Assembly: GCA_903813345.2 (NCBI GenBank) | Contig: CAIIXF020000001.1 | Span: 9,796,001-9,860,000, forward strand | Direction of reading: 5' to 3' | Source: Owenia fusiformis | Lineage: Eukaryota | Length of the DNA: 64,000 nucleotides | Shown here: one piece after another, positions 1 to 13,385 of the stretch | How the letters are laid out: the number at the start of each line of letters is the position of its first letter | Position numbering within the stretch: the first letter of the stretch is position 1 | Made by a program: the position numbers and the translations under genes | Notes under the pieces: generated by a model | What the model saw: only the letters and a program-made list of their open reading frames with translations | Told to the model about the DNA's origin: nothing | Database searches by the model: none

Positions 1-2765
1 CAGTGAGCTGAAAGGAACACATGCTAAATGCGTGCTCATTAACTATACAATAACGTCAGAGGAAATATATATACATATATATAAATATATAGAAAGTAGT
101 CCGTATTTCGACGACAAGCTCTGAATGGCTCAGTGAGTTCAGAGATTTATTGTAAACTGAAAGAGTGAAGACAAAGCACTCTTCTAGAAGCGAAGTCAAA
201 CGAATGCAAAGGGTATAAGCTATCAGGTGGTGCATTTGTTACATTCAGTCATATTGATACTCATGACATATTTCTATTTTACCAGAAACATGACTGAGGA
301 GAAATGAGATGTTATCATTTATCATAATGACATTCAGTCAATCTATTGCACCAACTCCCACTACATCGTCTCAAGTTAGATAATTTTTGTGACCAGGCCA
401 AGCGGCAAAGTGAGGAATGAACATTGAAGTAGCAAAATTAAGCATGGTACAAAATTCACCTGCTGTTTGTCACAATTATAACTACTTTATCATTTTATGT
501 ATGATTTCACCACAAATTAGTTATGACTCTTTGCCACATATGACAATAATGTCTGTGATTTGTTACAGAAGCCAACCTCTGACCACCAAGCCAAACATCG
601 ACCACTAAAAATCGACCTCCAAACAAAAAGGGTAAAACTACATTTATTCAAGATATATTTTGTATTGATTACCTTGATGCAGATTCATCAATTATCCCAT
701 ATTAAGAGGTCAGCAAGATCAATAAACAGTTATTACCACTATAAAAAACATGTTTATATGACATGTCCTTAAAACGAGAATCAATTGTTTTTAATAATTT
801 GTTTTGATATATGGGAGGGTCAAGGGACTGATTTAAGGTGAGTATGCACTGAAAATAAGGACATCATATACTACAGAATGAATGCACTTAAAATTCATAA
901 AAAATGAAGTGGCATAACTGTTTCAAAAACGTTTATGTATAAGACACGATATCAGTTTGACTCCAACCGAGATAGACTTTTAACACCAGACCTTCTGACT
1001 TTCCAGTCATCAAACATATACTTCAGTCAAGTGATCATTTGAATACAGGCCAAAATAGCAATATGATATACCTATATATTCATTTTACATATTGAAGTGT
1101 ATGTAATTTGTGCTTCTGTAGATGTGACCCAACCTTATTTGGCAAGAAGATAGGTTAAATGTCAGGAATGCGAGAAGGAATCAAGTATAGCCAAAGCTGT
1201 CTATCTGAATGCCATTGGGACTGGTCAAAAGTAAGCAGGTGTTGAAACATGAAAACATGAAACATATGAAAATATGTTGAAAAAATCACAAACAAGCATA
1301 ATGCTTGTTTGAAATATCAAAATTAGAACAAATAAATACCAAAATAATATGTTCCATTACTGCTGCTAAAATGCGCCAAAATTTACAATTGTATGCAAAA
1401 TAAAATGCACAAATTACCTTCAAGCAGCACAAACTGCACATAAGCCTTTTTGTGCAATGTTCTAACAAATGAGAAGAGAAAGAACTAAGACTTGAACATC
1501 TGAGTATTTTATATAACAGGACTGCATCTTTAACTTTTTACATGTATGCTGATCGGTCAATTGAGCACTTCATTTAAATCCAATCGTTTGATACTACCAT
1601 TCAGTAAATTAACCCTTAAACAAGTATTCAATGTCTATTAACACAGTTTTATCAGAATTTCTTCTCAAAGCATGCTGAATAACTTGGTTTGTATGTACTT
1701 GAAATACACAGTAATGTGTATCTGTAGTAAATAGTATAAGAAAACAGATGCATGATTTCCCATGCATGATTTATGACATCATCATTGTGCCACATGGCAA
1801 TCAATGTTACATTCCATTATAACTGTAATCTTTGTACTTTGGTAAGCCTCTACTGATCTTGTCTCTCGCTTGTTATTTTCCCATTCCTACCGAGCCAATT
1901 CTTTTCACTTCGCTGACTGGTTGAGAAAGGGTCAGCGTCGTATATTTGAAATGATTTGTTAACCAGGATTTTCACAGGTGCCAATCTTTAGGGCGGGGCC
2001 GCTAAACTGTAATATAGTCTATACTAGGCAGAGGGTAGTTTATAACTGGACTCTGCGCACAGGGTACCATTACTAGAACTATTGGGAGAAAATAAAGAAA
2101 AGAGGGGATCTTAATTTTAAATAAAGAGAAGAGAGGGATTTTACACGATGCTTGCTTATAGAGCCAAAACATGTGATGAGAATCAGAATAAACTGCAAAG
2201 ACATCAACGAGGGGGATTAATTAGACAATTTTTTGCCAATTGCCAATCCTAAATTGTAGCAGAAGTGTTCAGATTAGCGAGGTGTTCAGATATACAGGTT
2301 TCACTGTATATACATCATTTATCAATCTGCGAAAACTTATAAGAAGTGATCCATCAACGTAAGCAAAATAGAACAATTGCATCTTTGAAAAGGCGTAACA
2401 AAACACGATGCTATTAGCCATCGATATAATACCAGACAGGATTAGTTCAGATTATTCCAGAAAAACCATCTTGACATTGTCTTTAATCCTTTAATGTCAA
2501 TCTCAGGTGAAAGCTTCTAATGTCAAGCTAACACAGAGTATGTTACTTATTTATACGACAATGTAGGTTGGTATGGACTATAGTAAGCCCCACCTACTTC
2601 ACCTACTAAGACATTGCATACTTAATATATAGCCGTTTCAGGCAGCGTTCACAAAACATTCACATCATAATCACATATCTATCTTCTAATTTCAAATTCC
2701 CAGTATAAGTATAACCTGTTCACAATGCTATAATTTTGAAAGGATTTTATCAAACAGTGGTTGTC

Positions 2766-2908
2766 AACAAAGAAAGAACAAGGTCACCACCTGCCATTTG
2801 TTTCAGATGCCAAACACCAACTGTCAAATACAAACTGCCAAACATCATCCACAAAAAAGTTGAAGACCATAACAATATATCACCTCTTGTGGTAATGACA
2901 TAAAAAAA
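2766..2908 (-). mobile_element. ~150-bp mini-HINE-like family; copies at ~19263-19426, 31801-31918, 37001-37495 (interrupted), 38226-38355, 38518-38653
   Basis: Shared GTCACCACCTGCCATTTGTTACAGAT...CCACAAAA...AACAATATGTCACC...GTGACATAAAAA body, found in both orientations. Confidence 0.65.
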
Positions 2909-5900
2909 CTAAGCTACTAGATCCCATGATGTCTCTTACACATATTCTGTGCAAGGCATACATATTTTATATGCAAGTCAAACTTGGGAGGGACCCTGAT
3001 GAACCTATTTACAGAATCCCAAAAGAACCCAAAAACTACAAGTTTACTGAACTACAAAACACTAGCTGTACATGTGTGGTAGAGTAAAGCTGCTGCATAC
3101 CAGTGAACCACCTACACCTAATTGATCAAACCAATAAAAGAAATAGTGAATAACATAATATCTTATCTTATAGTACTTGATATCAATCATTCACATATAA
3201 CGAGAAGCTATTGAATGTATAATAGTTACAGTGATGGATTAATCAAGAGTTATTATATTGATTGCTCCACAAATATTTAACTTTGAACGTCCTTATATAT
3301 GGATTTTCTCTAAATGTCATTTCTGGTATAATACTCATACTTAAAGCTGTTTACGAGATGCTATGGCAGAAATCAATAGGGGATATAATCCAGATCTTAT
3401 ATTCATAATGTTACGATTTTCTTGAATGCCATTCCAATTATTATCATGCACAACGAAGTCACCATTAAAGTGTATTCATATGAGTTGCAACCAATAAACA
3501 TGCACATGTGAAAGTATATCTCAAAATATATCAATTCTTGGAAATTCCTTTATACTTAAACAAAATAAATGATTTCATGCGAGAGCTCTTGAAATCTATC
3601 AATTCAGTTAGATTTAGAGCTTTGAGAGGTATCAAAAATCCTGTCTAGAAACAAGATTGCTTAGAATTTAGATGATTCATATGAATTCTGTTATGAGATA
3701 TTATAGCTCCTCACACAAGCAAAATTGCTATTAGTGCTGGTCTAAAAATATACTATTAATCGCTTTGCCCTGACCTAAAGGCAATTTATTTTTTATTGAA
3801 TATCTGATGCTGTGAGAAACTCAGAACAAGAAACTTTGATGAAAGAAAACTCAACTCAAGTCTTTCTTTCAAAAGTTCTTATATGGCCAATATCATATTT
3901 TCCCTCAGAATAAAATCTATAATCCATTCCTCCCATTAAATAACCTCTTTATCTCAAAAGTTCTAATAAGGTCAATGTAATATTTTCCATCAGAATAAAA
4001 TTCATATACCATCCCTCCCATTTAATAACCTCCATACTCAAAAGAATTGATATTCTGTTCCTATGTTTCATAAATATACATGTACTTTGCTTTGTATAAA
4101 ACAAGGCTGTCCAGTACATTGTTACAGAATGAATTTAGTGTTGAACAAGTGTTGAATATTCAATAATGAAATATGGGGTACCTACTTGATTTTCTTTCTA
4201 TATATCTCCTTATCAGATTAACTGCTTAGTGACACGATATAACAATTGCATAGATGTCTAAAAAGCTCCTCTTTATCCAGCAGGTGGCCTAATATTGATA
4301 AATCTTTATATCCATAAAATATAAATAAAATTGGTATATGTACAAGATGTTCACTGTCTGCGTTCCAATACTCAGTGTCTAACAGTGCCTAAATACAACG
4401 TAAGTGAGTTTATTAATTTAGCCTGCAAATGTAATAGCACAGCAGCAGTACTGACGATATCGTCCCTTGAGAATCATTTAGAATTTTATATTCATCTATT
4501 CATCAACCCGCACCATTTGTAACATATCATAAACTGTTCCATTAAGGAAAACCCATAAATTAATGTTTTATTATATAAATTGGTTGATTGTGGGATATTG
4601 CAAAAATTATTTGTAAATATTGGAATTTAAACTGCAAGGTTATTGCTTGGTCTATTGCGCATGGGCGAGAGTGATGCAGTGGGAGAAATCAATATTGGGA
4701 ATAGCTCCGTTAGATTTACTCCCATCTAATCAATCAGTCACTTTATTCTTATGATAAAGAATACAGCGAGTAAGCCACAATTATCTAGGTAACCTCAGGC
4801 AATGCGAGTAAATATATAGCCAATCTATCAATACAAGGAGAACCGAGTGAAGGCAATTTCTTGTACGATATACTCATTTATTCTAGCACCGTACATTCTA
4901 TACTATACGTCAAGGCATCTTACAAGTGCATTCTTCCGGATGAACAAAATGTTGGATTTCACCCGTGAAGATGATTTGAAAAATATTTTTCTAACAAATG
5001 TGGAATTCTTTTTCCGTGTGAACTTGTCTAATTGAACTATACAATGGCAACACCAGGGCAAAGTATATCCTACCAAACTGTAATAAACACGAACATTTTG
5101 CACAAATTAGCTTTGGAACCAAACATCTCTACACCCCAGGCCTGAAGTCTGAGGGGAGGAATTAGGTGGTTCAAAATCATGCAGTTTTTCTGAGCAATTT
5201 ACAGGTGATTTTGGGACAAAATCTTCAAAATATATTACTCTCCGAAATTTGCTTGATTGAATAACTGTAGAATTCTCTATAAAACAGAATATTGGGCACT
5301 ATTTAAAAGGATTATTCTCCAGCACACGATACTACTAAATACCCATATTGCCAAATGAGAATTTCATTCCCAAGTTATTACATTTATAGATCCTTTACCC
5401 TTAGAGAACAATTATTTGAAGTATTATATTAGAGTTTGGCATCGAGATATGAGCTGGTATAATTGTACTCTATATTGGTTGTCAGTGCAATATATAAGTC
5501 AGTGTATGTATACTGTTCAACTGTATTGATTCACTGAGGTCCAAATGAATTTAGCCAGAATCGCATGGACCAGAGAGACTATAATATACCATCTGTTACT
5601 TGGTTCTGACAACATTCCATTCTATAAATGCAGATTAGAGAAAATTGTTCAAGATGAAACATTTGTTCCAGTAATTATAATAAGTATATAGGAATTCTAC
5701 TTATTCTGAATATCCTAGTTCGGTTTGTACTCATAAAAGCTAAATTATTACAAACAGCAATGACGTGATCTTAATCAAAGCACATTAAAAGAAAGATCAA
5801 TCAAAAATTACATCACACACTTAACGATCCGTTTCTTTAATTTTTTGACTGGTTGACTTGGATGGCTCCAGAATAACAAGCAGAAAATGTAAATTAGTGT

Positions 5901-6117
5901 AAGAATTGAGGCATAGAAATCTAAAAGTGTGGTAGAGGATGTTCAATATCTCGGTCTAAATATACAGAGTGTTCAAAAAGTATTGCTAATAACACTGTGA
6001 CTTTTGACCTATTGTTTCATTCTTCATGACAGTCTCACAACAGAAAGTACATCTTATTCCACAAAGGTCAGATATATGTTACTTATAGCGTGTCAATTCC
6101 ATGAAGGATTAGCATTA

Positions 6118-6307
6118 CAGTGATCTCCCCAGCATTAAAGCAAGTGGGCCAGCACATGTGATTTAAGTAACAGGCTTGCACCCACCAGAAAATCTATTTG
6201 CACTTACTTGAAAATGAGAGAAATTGGGATATTTTGACCAATTTTGGTCTAAATTATGAAATTGAGAATTTGCACCAACTTGAGAAAAAATCCTGTGGAA
6301 AGCACTG
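6118..6307. mobile_element. MITE with CAGTG ends and 5-bp TSD (hAT5-like)
   Basis: CAGTGATCTCCCCA ... TGTGGAAAGCACTG; TSD CATTA/CATTA; homologous to 49021-49226. Confidence 0.75.
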
Positions 6308-7661
6308 CATTACAAGCAATACCTATTGAACACCATGTACACATGTATTAATATACTTTGTATTGTAAACACATTAAGAAATAAAGAAAATATATATACT
6401 GCAAAACAGGTTATGGATGTTGGACGACTGACTCTAGGTATACTTGATCAAAGATAAATAAAGTTATCAAACCTCATCTTCAATTTGAGTTTCAGTTGCT
6501 ACAATTTCAAATATAAGACATCAAATAACAAAGTACTATTTGGACACTTGTGATTGGTTTCGGAAAGATCTTGCTGTATAACACACCACTAAGTACCAGC
6601 ACAGAAAAATAAGCATGTACATCCAAGGTATATTACAAACTACTGTAATTGAAGTTGAAGACGAGTCAATACCCTTTGCATTAGTTTGACTTCACTTCTT
6701 AAAAGAGAGCTTCGTCTTCGTGTAGTTTAACTAGACTCTGCGCACAGGGTAACGAGTCAACCTACTGCCCATTGAAATTATCCTTGAGTCTGAGATGGAG
6801 CCAGAGCCTAATTATGTTACATAAAATTGCCACTTTCAAATACCAATATTTTCCTATTTTAACAAGAGAACTAATTGATTCAACCAACCAGCAATGAGGG
6901 GTGAAATTAGTCTCCTACATCATCAATAGTAGATGTAGAGGTTCACCAATGACTTTCAAATCATACATGGAAGACAGACCACAATACTAAAAATATGGTT
7001 AATGGCTAATGGGCTTGAATGAAAACACTTTAATTAACTTGAAAGTGGCCTGCATATTTCATCATATACATTTTGTAAATATGTCCTGATAACCAAAACA
7101 TGATAATGTATTGGATGTTATGTTGATGAATTTCCTATGTTTCCTTATATTATTAGTAAGGTCAAAAATGGGAGAAATACAGGCAAACTGTATATATAAT
7201 CAAAAACAAGATGATTTAACTCCTGGTATTTCAAAAGATAAATGAATTATGAATGAGATTGGAAAAACAAAGGAAATAAACGAGATGTCCAATCTGTCAT
7301 AAAGAGAGGAACAAAGGCAGCACCCATAATGAGAAAATAAGCCTTATTTACATGTACATGTCCACGTATGCACATATTAAAGTAAGTATTTGTACATACA
7401 ATGTTATTATCTAAGCAGATGGCCCCTTAAATTCTCATGTCTAATTTTCTATAACTGATGAAAATTAGGTCAATTAGGGTTGAAAACTGGAGAGACTCAC
7501 AATCACAACATAACTGAAAATCTACTTGTACCATTAAAAGAATGAGATAAGGATTTCTAAATTCATGAAGGAGAACTAGCAGTTAGAACTGAAGAGAACA
7601 TACTGTACTATAAAAGTTATTATAGAATATACAACCTCACCCCAGCTTTGTCGTAAACAAT

Positions 7662-7770
7662 ACACCCCTGCTTTATTATACACTACACCCCTGCTTTATT
7701 ATACACTATTACACCCCTGCTTTATTATACCCTATTACACCCCTGCTTTATTATACACTATACGCCCCTG
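7662..7770. repeat. Minisatellite, 23-26 bp unit, ~4.3 copies
   Basis: ACACCCCTGCTTTATTATACACT(ATT) repeated. Confidence 0.9.
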
Positions 7771-9559
7771 TTTCTCCTACTGAAACTGAATATTATGGAA
7801 ATTCTCCATTTATCTGCCTTGTATTATCGTTGTATAAAACAGAATGAGTTACTTCCAAAGAATTAATAGAAAGAATTGATTAGGTACACAATAAAAATTC
7901 CGGAAGCTATAGGCATGTGTGTAGGAGGGGTTACACTCTTATCTTACAGTCATTTAAATTGATAGTTGCTACTGTACGTACTCACAAACCAGGAAAATTA
8001 ATAAAAAGTATATTTTTGGGTAATAAAGATATCAACTTTAGTTTATTTTTCATAACGAATAAACATTAGATGTAATCTATGGAGAAAACATGATGATATA
8101 TTTATAACATTTTTTGAGAGGTATCATGACATACTAAAGCTCTGATAAAATGAGTGCTTTGGTTGGTAATAGGGGCTTTATCATTCCGCCTCTGTTTTCA
8201 TATCATTCGTAATTAAGCTATTGTAATGTGAGGCTGTCTCCTCTCATTTTGTATAATCCATGTTCAAATATCGTCTCTAAACTGACAATATGACTTCATA
8301 CAATACCATCCATACTATTGGGGTCTTATACTAAACCAATATATTTCAGTCAACACGAAATACCCTGATAAACAGGACCAAGTAGGAGGTCTTTTAGAAG
8401 ACAGTAAAATATAATGCACCCACGTGTATTTTTGGCCAACTGTGGTGGGTTACCACTCTACTAAGTTCTTATGCAATAGAAAGCTATATACATCAGGCAA
8501 TGTAATCAATGAACATAAACAGGAAAAAAGTCCATGGGGTGCTCTGTCCTCCCTGTGTTTTTAACCCCTAATTGATGACTTCACTTTGAATTGCCTTGCC
8601 AATTTAACTTTAACTTGGGCAATAAACAAATTGCATTATCAAAATTACTGTTAATCACTGAAAAACTGTCTTTAGAAAAATATTGCTACAAAATCTGGAC
8701 CAAATCTGTGAACTGGTTTTTGATTAATAATTTTTTGTAAAATGTGGCAGTCCTTTTAAAATGAGCAGTCATATAAGCCATATAAGAAGTGCCTTCTGGA
8801 ACAGAGGTCTATAGAGTACTATTTCTATAAAATAATAGCCTATAAAATTTGAACCAAATCCAATAACTGGTACTAGATGTAAATGGTGGCCATCTCAAAT
8901 TAAGCTGCACAAATCTTACTATTCCTCAGAATGTGGCTGTGACAAATCTATACCCAGACATAGGTAGAGGTGTCACAGTTTCTCGATATTCAGTGAAATC
9001 AGGGAAATCAGTGTCAAGGACGTTTGAGTTCATGAGATCCAAACGAGATATGCAAATTTATGAACTTTGACTTTTAACTTCAAACACATGACCACTTGAT
9101 TAGCTTAGCCTTCTTCATGAATATTCCCGCTCTATTTACTATAAATGACGAAAATCAATCAGGATAATGATAATAAATTACTGATAAATTCCTGCACAAA
9201 TTGAATTGATAAATATCTGGTCCACATATGTGTTTATCAATGACAAACATTTTTTGCTTCATTCTTTTGCAGGTTATTTGAATGAAATCGGACTACAAAA
9301 TCCTGAAATATAGCAACTTTCATAGATCCTGTCCATCGTTATAGAATTTTTTTATTTTATGCTTTCATACATTGAATACCCCAGGACTTCAACATAAATA
9401 CACTTTCAACAACTGCAAAAGCACATATTAAAAGCTTAAATATATACTAGTTCAGAAATTAAAAAGACCACAATGTATACTTAATATTTGCCGAGATAGG
9501 CTACTTTGGGTGTCTGAAATAATTGTCAGTGTCCGCAACGCAAAGATTTCTTTAAATAC

Positions 9560-10170
9560 TGGGCACAGGCAAGACATTGTTTGGTGGTGTTTTATAGAGT
9601 GTATTGGGACGATCAATTACCACCAATAATAGCTTCAGTAACTGCAACCTTACATAGCATTTGGGCATATAACAGGGATCTTATTCAGTGCCCAACAAGA
9701 TTCAGTGTCCGCAACAGAATTATTAACCAATGTTTCATGCTTAATGAACACCAAAAAATCCTTAAACTTATTTAAACTGTTTATAAATGGTGTTTTGATA
9801 TCTTTTAAGATGATGAAGACGAAAATTTAGATATGAAAATTGATGCCAGGACACTGAAAATAGTAAATTTACAGTGTTTGATGTTAATATTGGTGGTAAT
9901 TGATAATCCTAGAATACTTTATGAATAACCACCAAACAATGTCTTGCCTATAAGTTTAGAAGGTTTAAGAATTTTCTAGGTGTTCTCTACTGGCAAATAT
10001 TTGATAATGATTCTGTTGTGGACACTGAAATTTGTTGCGGACACTGAAAACAGTACATCATGTGCCCAAATGCTATGTAAGGTTTCGGTGATTGAAGTTA
10101 TTATTGGTGATAATTGATCATCCCAACAAACTTTACAAATAACCAACAGACAAACTTTACCATGTGCCCA
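9560..10170. repeat. Degenerate ~170-bp inverted repeat
   Basis: 9560-9730 matches the reverse complement of 10001-10170; a third partial copy lies at 9888-9949. Confidence 0.75.
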
Positions 10171-13100
10171 GATCGTTTTGTAGTAGGATCTCACAGGCTC
10201 AAAGAATAATTCAGAAGATGCGTCACTAAATTGGAAAATTTCCAACAAATTGAACACCTTTCAAAATATTCATTATACAAAATGGTACCTGCTTCCCTGT
10301 GACAGATTTTGCACTTAATTTACAGCTGAGATCTTCATCTTTCTATTTCTACTTGTTTGGTTTGAATAAATAACCTATGGACGCAGTATTTTGACTTTTA
10401 ATACGGCAAATATTTTTGACTTGATCCGGGCTCTTGTGTGTCCAAATATCATTGTAATCCTGACGTCACATTTCTGGAATGACGGAAGCACCATTCAGAT
10501 TTGGACAGACAAGAGCCCGGCGATATAATATCACTATTTTGGCCTCTTATCAATGCATTAGTAATCAGAAAGGTAAAGAATAACAAGACGCTACGAATGA
10601 GGTATGATTTGTCTCATATTTTTCAGAAATGGCTGCACAATCGTCATTTATTGAGGAATATTTATTGAGCAACTGATCCTACTACAAAAGAATCTGGCCA
10701 GGATCTATGTCAAAATACCCCGTATTTCCACACCTTTTTAAATGACTATATCTTTGTCAAATATTGACCGATTTTTATTTTGTTTACAGTTTCATAAAGC
10801 CGAGGCAGAGCTCTAGCTGATGTAATATACTAATACTGTATGCCTTATTTAAAAGAACATTACATTAAAAATCATGTAAATGCCCTAGCATGGACATTAT
10901 TCATATTGAAGATTGCCCAAATGCCCATATGTGTTCTAGCTAAATTGATAAGTTATACAATATTACAAATAATCAGCGGACAACAAATGATTGATTAGAA
11001 GTCTAGAGTCTATTCTGATCTCATTCAAGACCTAGCCTGAGCTTATTTTGCACTTGACTTGCACTTTGCGTTTCCAGAGCATGAGAGTTCAGCTGACAAA
11101 AATAAAAACAAGAGCTTCAATCAATTTTTTCTTCAGTTTTGAGGCAATTTGACAGTTCACACTTTATATTTAACTGAAGTATATTATCATACAAAACATA
11201 CATACCTTATTTAATGCCTTTAGTGTGTATTTTCCTTGAAATCAGCACAAATGTTGACCAACGATTAATTTATTAACACATCGATCGTTCTCCAATACCC
11301 GGATGTGTGTAATGAGAAGTTCAAAGTGCGTCAACTCGGCTATATCTTACGTCGCCAAAACTACTTACTTTATGATGCCTATTGTCTAATAATTACTTGT
11401 ACATGAAACACTTCTTTTTGCACTATCGAATCTCTCAATATCTGATCTAATTTCATCTCTTAAATTTGCTTTACTTTGCACGTCAGGTGGTTCAATGAGT
11501 TGTGGACCCGGGGGTTTCGGACGATTGCATTTACAGTGTATGTCTTGTATCAAGACTTTGAATAAGATCCGTTAGCACTTTGAAGCCTCTGATACAAGAC
11601 AAACGTCAGAACGAATCAAGTCCATTGTGTGATCCACAATGTGTGCTATTTCTTGAAATACACAGGCTATACTGCAAAATCTGTTTCCTTCAGCTGAATT
11701 GAAGGCACCAACTTGTTAGAGATCAATTACCCATATGTACTCATAGGAAGGCATTGCGGCTTACTTTGCATTAATGAGTCAAACAAACCCCCCCCCCCCA
11801 CTGTGTAGAGTATTGTTATGATAATTTTGTTTATTGAAAACAATAACATGATCAGCAAAAGGAACATTGTAAACAGTAAGAATGATATTAAAGATTAGAA
11901 TAATGGTGACCTTCCCAGTGCTGTGATCAAACTAAAGCGTGGTTAGACATTTCTTGATTGAAGACCTCAGGCCATTTTCACTCAAGCACAAAATGCTCGT
12001 TGCATCGTCATTCTGCAAAATTGCTTTGACATATACGAGGGGAGTAAGTCACCCCCTCTCTAATATTCTATATAATGGCATTAGGGTCCACTCACTTATT
12101 TCAAAATTCGCTATATTAAATGAGGTCATTTGGGGAAACTCGGCTATTTCAAAAACTTTAACAGAAAAGGATATTTTTCGAAGGAGCTTTAGGTCTTGAA
12201 TATTCAAGTGAGCAACCTATGTCCAAGTCCATTGATTATGCAAGCCATATATATTCTCATGAATTGATAATACTTCAGGGTTATTTAGGGTGAGAAACAA
12301 ATTAACTGTAAGCCCTTTCATTTTTTGTGTGAAATAACAAAAAACAATAACAAATGATTACAATTTTAATTTTTTATGTTTTTGTATTTCATTTTAGTAT
12401 TTCTTGTTAACTTTGTTTGTACATGGTATGTGTCACACATTCACAAGCTTATTGAATCTCATGCACACCACTGATATTGTCACTAAAACCAGCACACACT
12501 TACACCATGTAGCCCCTAGAGGGGGAGCACGTTATGTAAACCCCAAAAATTGTAATGCATATCTTGCTTGATTATCGGGCCTTGTAAAAATATTGCCTAT
12601 CAACCATTCATACCATTATATGCTTCTGTTTTAGAACATTTTTACATATTTTTTCAAAAATAAAGTACAACTTTCTAAAAGCATATCAGGCATTCTGTAA
12701 TATTTTAGTATATATATCTATATAACCAAAATTATGTCAATTAATACCAGGATTCAGCAGTAAAGACGAATAAGGTGACAGTAATCTCTATACACAATAG
12801 ATCATTTTGACAAAATAAAACTATATGAAATAGTGTTGGCACGTTCACAGTAGTGTATGCTATTTGACCAATTCATACCTTCTTTTGGCCTCTCTCTCAA
12901 TGTAAAGTTCAACGATTATATTATCTCAACAGTTCAGTTCTTCATTAGTTTTCCATACTATCGTATCTTTAAAAATGGCATCAATTGTGTATTCAGCTTA
13001 CTCCATTTTAAATCAAAAATAAACAAATCTCAAATGATTAGATCGCCAAGTTTAACACAGCATAAATTAATTAAACAACCAATAGCCAGACATTATAAAG

Positions 13101-13385
13101 TACAGTGTTGTGTACTATGTAGGTATGATATCTGACAATTACACAAATACATCAACTGAATTACAGTATTAAGATCTCATTCATAATGAACCAGAACATA
13201 CAGTCCATCACTTTTATTGTGGAAACTCTGTACCATTCAATCCACCAGAAATGTCCTTGTTAACACAGGAAAATACAGTCCAGTTCTAAACGCTGTATAA
13301 AATCACACAAAACTAAGCATTCAAGTAGGTACATCACAATGACGTGATGAAATATTCAGTGAAATATTCAAAAAAGTGTTTTACT

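Noticed and set aside
1-13300. Short ORFs in the left region
   Set aside because: No motifs or phase-compatible splice sites; consistent with chance ORFs in AT-rich DNA.
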